DNA of 64,000 nt from Terrimicrobiaceae bacterium (GTDB lineage Bacteria > Verrucomicrobiota > Verrucomicrobiia > Chthoniobacterales > Terrimicrobiaceae), in contig JBGSVZ010000038.1 of assembly GCA_041752695.1 (NCBI GenBank), positions 128,001-192,000 of the forward strand. Direction: 5' to 3'. The position numbers were made by a program, and so were the translations under genes. Positions 57,390 through 64,000 of the stretch are shown piece by piece (the first letter of the stretch is position 1; the number at the start of each line of letters is the position of its first letter). The notes beneath the pieces are model-generated. The model had not been told where the DNA came from. It made no database searches and saw nothing but the letters and a program-made list of their open reading frames with translations.

Positions 57390-58232
57390 ATGAAACTGAG
57401 TCGCCGAAAATTCCTGAATCTCTCTGCCGCCGCTGCGGCTGCCACGGCGTTTCCCACCGCCGCTTATTCTCAAAGTTCCAAACCTGGCGGGCCATCAGGC
57501 TCAAAAAAGAAGGGCCTTGGCTTGGGGGCAAGAAATGTCCTCTGGCCGAGCATGCTGACCGCCCTGCAGTGCAAATGGGCGTACACCTGGGGCGGGACAG
57601 TTCCCTCGGATTTGCCGGAAGGCATGAACTTTGTTCCCATGATCCGAAGTAGAAACGTGGAGCCCGAGCACATCGCCTCCGTGGCCGAGGAAGCCAAAAA
57701 TCACCGGATCACCGAGTTGCTCGGCCTGAACGAACCGGATGCCAGAAAGCAGGACGACATGAGCGTCGAAGATGCCCTCGCCATGTGGCCACTACTGATG
57801 GAAACCGGACTTCGCCTCGGCAGCCCGGCCTGTGTCCATCCCGACAAGGATTGGATGATCGAGTTCATGGCCGGCGTCGAAAAACGCAAGCTCCGGGTGG
57901 ATTTCATCTGCGTGCACTCCTACGGCGGCCCGAATGTAGGGGCCTTTGTCAACAGGCTGGAACAGGTCGCCAAAATGTTTAAGCGTCCGATTTGGATCAC
58001 CGAGTTCGGCGTCGGTGACTGGTCCGCAAAAAGTGTCGGGGAAAATCAGCATTCGCCGAAAGTCGTTTTGGGATTTATGGAAAAAGTCCTGCCCATGCTC
58101 GATGACCTCGATTGCCTCGAGCGCTACGCGTGGTTCCCGGCCATGCCGGACAGCGCCCCGCTTGGCACAAGTGCGCTGTTTGATATCGACGGGAAGCTGA
58201 CCCGGCTCGGCGAATGTTATCGCGACGCCTGA
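57390..58232 (+). CDS. GH128-like glycoside hydrolase, Tat-exported
   Basis: SRRKFL Tat motif, KKGL, LNEPD and IWITEF. Confidence 0.85.
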   Translation: MKLSRRKFLNLSAAAAAATAFPTAAYSQSSKPGGPSGSKKKGLGLGARNVLWPSMLTALQCKWAYTWGGTVPSDLPEGMNFVPMIRSRNVEPEHIASVAEEAKNHRITELLGLNEPDARKQDDMSVEDALAMWPLLMETGLRLGSPACVHPDKDWMIEFMAGVEKRKLRVDFICVHSYGGPNVGAFVNRLEQVAKMFKRPIWITEFGVGDWSAKSVGENQHSPKVVLGFMEKVLPMLDDLDCLERYAWFPAMPDSAPLGTSALFDIDGKLTRLGECYRDA

Positions 58233-58252
58233 TTTTTCACTCCACTGCACTC

Positions 58253-59092
58253 ATGCTTACACGACGCAAATTCCTCAACCTCTCGGCATCGGCGGCCGCC
58301 CTCACCATTGCCGCCTGCCGGCGTCCGGCAGAACCCGCAGGGGAACTTCCGCCCCGGGGTTCCAAAAAGAAGGGCCTTGGCCAATCGACCAAAAATCCCC
58401 AATGGGCTGGGAGGCTCGAAGCCATTCGTTCCCAATGGTTTTATAGTTGGAATTCCTCCATCCCGCAGGGAATCCCCAAAGGTATGGAATTTATTCCCAT
58501 GATCTACCGGTACGGGGGTGATGCCAAAGCGATCGCTAATGCGGCGGCGTCGGCCAAGGCGGCTGGCATCACCGAGTTGCTCGGATTCAACGAGCCCGAT
58601 GTGAAGAAACAGGGGAACATGACGATCGAGGAAACACTGGACGCCTGGCCGTTGCTGATGGACACCGGGATGCGTCTGGGGAGCCCGGGTTGTGTGCATC
58701 CGGACAAGGAATGGATGATCGAATTCATGGCCGGCGTCAAAAAACGCAATCTGCGGGTGGATTTTGTGTGCGTCCATTCCTATGGCGGACCGGGCGCGGA
58801 GTCACTGGTCAACAGGTTGGAGAAAATTCATCAGATGTTCGAACGCCCGATCTGGATCACGGAATTTGCCGTCGGTGACTGGGAGGCCAAAAGTGTCGAA
58901 GAAAACCGGCACAAACCTGAAGCCGTGTTGCGGTTTATGGAAAAGGTCCTTCCGATGCTCGATAAGCTCGATTTCGTAGAACGCTACGCGTGGTTTCCGG
59001 CCAAGACCACCAGTATTCCCCTTGGCAGCAGCGCGCTGTTCAATGAGGACGGTTCGCTCACCCGGCTCGGCGAATGCTATCGTGACGCGTGA
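58253..59092 (+). CDS. GH128-like glycoside hydrolase, Tat lipoprotein
   Basis: TRRKFL Tat motif, IAAC lipobox, FNEPD and IWITEF; tandem paralog. Confidence 0.85.
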   Translation: MLTRRKFLNLSASAAALTIAACRRPAEPAGELPPRGSKKKGLGQSTKNPQWAGRLEAIRSQWFYSWNSSIPQGIPKGMEFIPMIYRYGGDAKAIANAAASAKAAGITELLGFNEPDVKKQGNMTIEETLDAWPLLMDTGMRLGSPGCVHPDKEWMIEFMAGVKKRNLRVDFVCVHSYGGPGAESLVNRLEKIHQMFERPIWITEFAVGDWEAKSVEENRHKPEAVLRFMEKVLPMLDKLDFVERYAWFPAKTTSIPLGSSALFNEDGSLTRLGECYRDA

Positions 59093-60138
59093 TCAACAAG
59101 CTCGTCCTGCCTCTGCTGGCCGCGGCCGCAGGGTGCTCCTCCGTGATGGTCGCTGCCCCTGAGTTCGCGATCCGCCCCGGCCAGGAGTGGCTGGACAGCG
59201 CCGGCAAGCCGATCAACGCCCATGGCGGATGCGTGCTGTTTCACCAGGGCCTCTATTATTGGTATGGCACACACAAGATCGAGGGACTATCAGAAGCGAC
59301 CGATGCGGACGGCGGCGTTCATGCCTATGCCTCGCGCGATCTGGTGAACTGGCATGACCAAGGCATGGTCCTGCCGCTGGACGGCGGGAAGGATGACGAC
59401 CTACAGCACGGCTGCATCTTTGATCGGCCCAAAGTGATCTTCAATGAGACGACAAAGGAGTTTGTCCTTTTCTTCAAATTTTACCCCCGCGGCCTCGGCA
59501 CGAAGGTCGGCTTTGTGGGAGTGGCGACCTCGCAGAGCCCCAGCGGTCCTTTCACGTACCGTCACAAATTTCTCGGAGGGAACTCCCCGGAGGGCACCGG
59601 GGATTTTGCCATGTTCAAGGACGAAAATGGCGACCTGTATCACCTGACTGTCCGAAAACCGGACAAGGCGTTTGTCATCGGGAAAATGCGCTCCGACTTC
59701 CTGCTGCCCGAGGGCGAATACACCGTCGCCGCAGGCATCACCCATGCCACCGAAGCCCCGGCCGTGATCAAACGCGAGGGCCGCTACTGGATGCTGGCCT
59801 CCGGCTCAACCGGATGGGCTCCCAACGCCGCCCGCTCGTTCTCTGCGCCAACGATCTTCGGCCCGTGGGTCGACCACGAAAACCCCTGCGAGGGCATTAA
59901 TCCCCACAACGCCCTCGGCCCCGAACTGACCTTCGGCGGACAAGCCGCTTTCATCATCGAGGTCGAAGGCAAAAAGGACGCCGCCATTGCGGTCTTCGAT
60001 ATCAACAAACCCGACCATCCCTTCGACAGTCTTTACGTCTGGCTGCCCATTGCGTTCGAGAACGGCCGCATGCGTATTCCCTGGCGCGACCAGTGGGCGA
60101 TGGATCATTTTTCAAGGCAGGCGGAAGTTGCGGAGTGA
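59089..60138 (+). CDS. Glycoside hydrolase family 43 (exo-beta-1,3-galactanase-like)
   Basis: INAHGG, RPKVIFN, EAPA, SGSTGWAPN and YVWLP motifs. Confidence 0.85.
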   Translation: MINKLVLPLLAAAAGCSSVMVAAPEFAIRPGQEWLDSAGKPINAHGGCVLFHQGLYYWYGTHKIEGLSEATDADGGVHAYASRDLVNWHDQGMVLPLDGGKDDDLQHGCIFDRPKVIFNETTKEFVLFFKFYPRGLGTKVGFVGVATSQSPSGPFTYRHKFLGGNSPEGTGDFAMFKDENGDLYHLTVRKPDKAFVIGKMRSDFLLPEGEYTVAAGITHATEAPAVIKREGRYWMLASGSTGWAPNAARSFSAPTIFGPWVDHENPCEGINPHNALGPELTFGGQAAFIIEVEGKKDAAIAVFDINKPDHPFDSLYVWLPIAFENGRMRIPWRDQWAMDHFSRQAEVAE

Positions 60139-60238
60139 ATCCTGAACGCGTGCCAGCTAGTAAACTTTGTATTCGGCCCGCCGTGAGTATTTGTGCAGCG
60201 CCACTGGCCATGATGTCTCAACTGCGTTTGAATAACTG

Positions 60239-61984
60239 ATGATGCTTCGCCCCCAGACTTTTCGCTTTTGTCTTTTCCTGGCGATCTTTTTCTCCCAGGG
60301 ATTCGGCTCCGTCCGTGCCGTGGACGATCCGGCGCTGAGCGCACAGCCGCTCGCCATCAATCAAGTCGGTTTTGAGACCGCCCGGTCTAAACGTTTTACC
60401 GCTCCGCATTCCCCGGACGGGACCCCCTTCCTGGTGCGTTCTGCGGAGCGTGGGGAGATGGTGTTTCGCGGAGAGATTCTCGGCGGCATCGGTGATTTTT
60501 CCTCGCTCCAACCAAAGGACTCGAGCGGGCATTTTGTCATCGAGCTGGAGGGCCCCGTGAAGGTCGTTAGCGATCCTTTTTTGATCCGCTCCAACCTCTA
60601 CCGGGAGCAATTCTGGCAATCGGCGGTCGATTTTCTCATTGATACGCGGTCAGCAGTGGGAACCCACCCGAGTGCTTTTGGCGGGTGTCCTTGGCGCGAT
60701 GGCAACTATTACGATGCCATCATTCCGGCCCTGGTCCTGTTCACTCTCGCTGATTCCCTGGGAGTTCAGTCCATGCCACGGCAAATTGACTGGGAGGCCG
60801 ACAAGAAACGCGTGACCGCTCCGGATTTCGCTTTCATCGACAAAGACCCCGGCGGCAAGGGTTTCATGGATGGCGTGATGGCCTATTACGAACTCGAGCC
60901 GCCCGCCGCCGATGCTCCAGATGTGGTGAAACTGATCCACTGGGGCGCAGGTATGTATCTCGTCAATCCCAAGACCCAGGATATCATGGGAGATCCTGCC
61001 AAGCTGAGAATCCACCCGCAAACCGTCGAACAGATGGCCTACGTTGTCTGGGCGTGGCCGGTGCTCAAACAATGGCTGCCCCAATCGTTCTACGACAAGG
61101 TCCGTGATTTTGTTTTCACGCATTGGAGCGCTTCCCTCGAGATCAGTCGGTGGTGGGATCCGAAGACCTACCTCACCCCCGAGGATCTGAAAGAGAGCAA
61201 TCCGATGGCAGGCTTGCTGCATCCCTACAAGGGACGGCACGCACCGGGTCACTCCATCGTCCCCAATCTTCTCCTGCATGAAGTCGCGAAACGCGAAGGC
61301 CGGAGTGATGCCGCGATCTATCTTGATGCCGCCGTGAAGCAGGCCGAGTGGTGCGTGAAGAATCTCGATTGGAACGATCCGCGGACCACCAAGGGTCACC
61401 GTATGAGCGAGCACCGCACCATTCCCAATCTCGTGTGGTTACTGCAAAAGTATCCGGACAAAGCCCCGGCTGGACTAAAGCAAAAGATCAACGAATGGGT
61501 GGATGTCGCCCTGAGCCGGTCAGACAACTTCTGGGACTACCGCCGATACGATGGGCAGGATCATTGGGCTATTCCGAAGCTCAACGATGTCGGCAATTTC
61601 CTTTCCCTGCCGGCCATTGCCACGGCAGCCAGTTGGGTGGTGGATGATCCGAAGAAAAAGGAGCGCCTGGAGCAGGTCAGCACCGCCGCCATCGATCATG
61701 TTTTTGGCCGCAATCCGCGCCTCGCCGCTGCGCCGGGCAAGCCTCAGATGGGCTTCCCCGAGGTGGAACGCGGCTGGCCCAAACATCACGCAGACGGTAA
61801 ATGCGCTCGTTTGGAAACATGCCGGGGCTCCCTTTCCTCCGCACCCGGCACCGAGATGTTTCCTTTTAACCCGAAGGGAACTTATCGCCACGCAGAGGGG
61901 TGGGTGAATTACGGAGCCGCGTGGTGCTTAAGTCTTGCCTATTTGAGGTTTGATGAGGAAAAGCAAACCACTCCAGACCCCTAG
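60239..61984 (+). CDS. Secreted hypothetical protein with GH9-type N-terminal Ig-like domain
   Basis: Signal peptide, INQVGF motif, helical C-terminal region. Confidence 0.7.
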   Translation: MMLRPQTFRFCLFLAIFFSQGFGSVRAVDDPALSAQPLAINQVGFETARSKRFTAPHSPDGTPFLVRSAERGEMVFRGEILGGIGDFSSLQPKDSSGHFVIELEGPVKVVSDPFLIRSNLYREQFWQSAVDFLIDTRSAVGTHPSAFGGCPWRDGNYYDAIIPALVLFTLADSLGVQSMPRQIDWEADKKRVTAPDFAFIDKDPGGKGFMDGVMAYYELEPPAADAPDVVKLIHWGAGMYLVNPKTQDIMGDPAKLRIHPQTVEQMAYVVWAWPVLKQWLPQSFYDKVRDFVFTHWSASLEISRWWDPKTYLTPEDLKESNPMAGLLHPYKGRHAPGHSIVPNLLLHEVAKREGRSDAAIYLDAAVKQAEWCVKNLDWNDPRTTKGHRMSEHRTIPNLVWLLQKYPDKAPAGLKQKINEWVDVALSRSDNFWDYRRYDGQDHWAIPKLNDVGNFLSLPAIATAASWVVDDPKKKERLEQVSTAAIDHVFGRNPRLAAAPGKPQMGFPEVERGWPKHHADGKCARLETCRGSLSSAPGTEMFPFNPKGTYRHAEGWVNYGAAWCLSLAYLRFDEEKQTTPDP

Positions 61985-62158
61985 CTCAGGCCGGTCTTCG
62001 GGTGAAGGGAGTTCTCTGAATTGGTCTTCCCGCCGGGGACGCTCCGCTTCTTTGCACATGACAGCTTGCCGGAGAACGTCCTCGAAGGCACACTCCTCCC
62101 TTGCAAAGCCCGCCAGCCCAACGAACCGCATCAAGCGCACAGGACCGGCCCCAAAACC

Positions 62159-63007
62159 ATGCGTTACCGTGATTGGCTCAATCTGAACATCCACCTGCTG
62201 TGGTGTCACAATCTGCCGGTGGCACGGGGGCGAAAAGATGCGGGGGCGGTTTTGCGCTCGACAGAATATACGAACAGCGGAGCGTGGTTGGTCCGTGAAG
62301 GCTGGGCGCAGGTGGAGCATGCTGGGAAACGCTATCGAGCCGAGCCGGGACAGTGGCTCATCGTCAAGCCAGGGGAGCGGGTGCAGACATTCTCCGGCAA
62401 TGCTCGACTGATTTCCCTCGCCTTTGATGCCCGCTGGCCGGATGGGTCGCACCTGTTTGATAAGGGTCTGAGCATGGTCGTGGATGGAGCGGATGCCCCC
62501 GATCTGGAGAAATGGGTGCGCCCGATCTTGCTCACCATGAAACGGGTGAACCCGGATACTTGGGACGCGCGGGATCATGTCGTGGACATGCCCCTTTTTT
62601 TCCGCATCGAACAGCTGTTGTTTCGATGGCTTGTCGCGCTAGCCGACGTGTTGGCAGACCGGGGTATTGCCCATACCGGTCATACCGGCATCGACGAACG
62701 CGTCCGCACGATCCTTGACCTCATGCACACCCACGACCTGGGCGAACCGCTCGACGGTGGGCGGCTCGCCGGCAGAGTGGGCCTGAGTCAAAATCACCTC
62801 GTCCGTCTTTTTCGCCGCGACCTGCAAACGACGCCCACTCAATACTGGGACAGACTTCGCATCGAACACGCGCGCCACCGCCTCCTCCAACCCGAGGCCC
62901 GCGTGAAGGAAGTCTCCATCGAACTCGGCTTTACCTACCTGTCCCACTTCTCCAAGTGGTTCAAGCGCCACACGGGGAAAACTCCCCGGGCCATTCGGGA
63001 GGCATAA
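62159..63007 (+). CDS. AraC family transcriptional regulator
   Basis: C-terminal double HTH (LA..VGLS..HL.RLF; VS.ELGF...SHFSKWFKR.TG.TP). Confidence 0.92.
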   Translation: MRYRDWLNLNIHLLWCHNLPVARGRKDAGAVLRSTEYTNSGAWLVREGWAQVEHAGKRYRAEPGQWLIVKPGERVQTFSGNARLISLAFDARWPDGSHLFDKGLSMVVDGADAPDLEKWVRPILLTMKRVNPDTWDARDHVVDMPLFFRIEQLLFRWLVALADVLADRGIAHTGHTGIDERVRTILDLMHTHDLGEPLDGGRLAGRVGLSQNHLVRLFRRDLQTTPTQYWDRLRIEHARHRLLQPEARVKEVSIELGFTYLSHFSKWFKRHTGKTPRAIREA

Positions 63008-63084
63008 AAAGTATAACGGAATGAGTAAATTGTATAGCCAGCCCCCCTCGACAGCCTGTTTGGAATGCGTTTGATTTCAATGCT

Positions 63085-64000
63085 GTGCGTTTCCCCCCGA
63101 GTTTTTCCCGGCGCCTCCTGTCGGCCTGGCTGTTGATCGTGTTCTTCGCGGAGTTCGCCTTGGCCCAGGTCAACGCGGATCCGGCCCTTGGCGAGCAGCC
63201 GGTTGCCGTGAACCAGGTGGGATATGAGACGGGCGGTCCGAAGCGATTCACCGCTCCGAAAGCGAAGGACGGAACAAAGTTTTTCATTCGGTCTGCGGAC
63301 GGGGGCGATGCTTTGTTTCACGGCGACATCCATGCCGGCATCGGGGATTTTTCAGCGTTCCGTCCCAAGGATTCTGTCCGGCGCTTTGTGGTGGAGTTGG
63401 AGGGGCCGGCGAAGGTGACCAGCGATCCGTTCCTGGTTCGTTCAAAACTCTACGAGGAACAGTTCTGGCAGCCTGCGGTGGATTTTCTGGTGGATTCCCG
63501 TTCCGCGGTGGGAACCCATCCCAGCGCTTATGGCGGGTGTCCCTGGCGCGATGGGACTTATTACGATGCAATCATTCCCGCTTTGACCCTTTTTTATCTC
63601 GCTGACCCGAAACGTGTCGAGGCGATGCCACGACAAATCGACTGGGAGGCCGACAAAAAAAGGGTGACCTCCCCGGACCTCACGTTCAATGACAAAGACC
63701 CGGGCGGCAAAGGGTTCATGGATTCCGTACGGGCCTATTATGATCTTGAACCACCCGCCGCAGATGCGCCCGATGTGGTGAAGCTGATCCATTGGGGAGC
63801 GGGATTTTACCTTGTCAACCCCCTGACCCACGACCCGTCCAAGGATCCGGATAAATGGAAGGTCCATCCTCAGACCGTGGAACAGCTTGCTTATGTTCTC
63901 TGGGCCTGGCCGGCACTCAAACAGTGGTTGCCCGAATCCTTTTATCAGAGGGTTCGCGATTTCTGTTTCGGAAACTGGAGGCCATCTCTCGCGATCAGCC
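63085..64000 (+). CDS. Paralog of 60239-61984 (3'-truncated by window edge)
   Basis: GTG start, signal peptide, VNQVGYE, GTHPSAYGGCPWRDG; not in the ORF track because there is no stop within the window. Confidence 0.8.
   Translation, partial: MRFPPSFSRRLLSAWLLIVFFAEFALAQVNADPALGEQPVAVNQVGYETGGPKRFTAPKAKDGTKFFIRSADGGDALFHGDIHAGIGDFSAFRPKDSVRRFVVELEGPAKVTSDPFLVRSKLYEEQFWQPAVDFLVDSRSAVGTHPSAYGGCPWRDGTYYDAIIPALTLFYLADPKRVEAMPRQIDWEADKKRVTSPDLTFNDKDPGGKGFMDSVRAYYDLEPPAADAPDVVKLIHWGAGFYLVNPLTHDPSKDPDKWKVHPQTVEQLAYVLWAWPALKQWLPESFYQRVRDFCFGNWRPSLAIS

Overview
The window has two parts. Positions 1-~25,240 are the right-hand part of a lambda-like, long-tailed temperate prophage: terminase, portal, S49 protease, capsid, tail genes with a G/GT -1 frameshift, tape measure, fibre, lysis genes, a phage tRNA(CAU), a RuvC-like resolvase and a tyrosine integrase. 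The prophage ends in the 3' half of a host tRNA-Ala(CGC) (attR), which is followed by tRNA-linked tandem repeats. Positions ~25,600-64,000 are host DNA. They hold a PEP-CTERM protein and a dense glycan-degradation cluster: 3 GH29, 3 sulfatases, 2 GH50-like, GH16, GH31, 2 GH43, 3 GH128-containing proteins, 2 GH2-like TIM-barrel proteins, an acetylesterase, an AraC regulator and two paralogous uncharacterised Ig-like-domain proteins. Gene content suggests Verrucomicrobiota (inference). The most unusual signal is a prophage-wide motif. TTGAC lies 13-20 nt (mostly 14-15 nt) before the start of 14 plus-strand phage CDSs and the phage tRNA. That is too close to be a normal sigma70 -35 element and suggests a non-canonical short promoter making leaderless lytic transcripts. 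All family assignments come from motif recognition by eye; no database searches were run.
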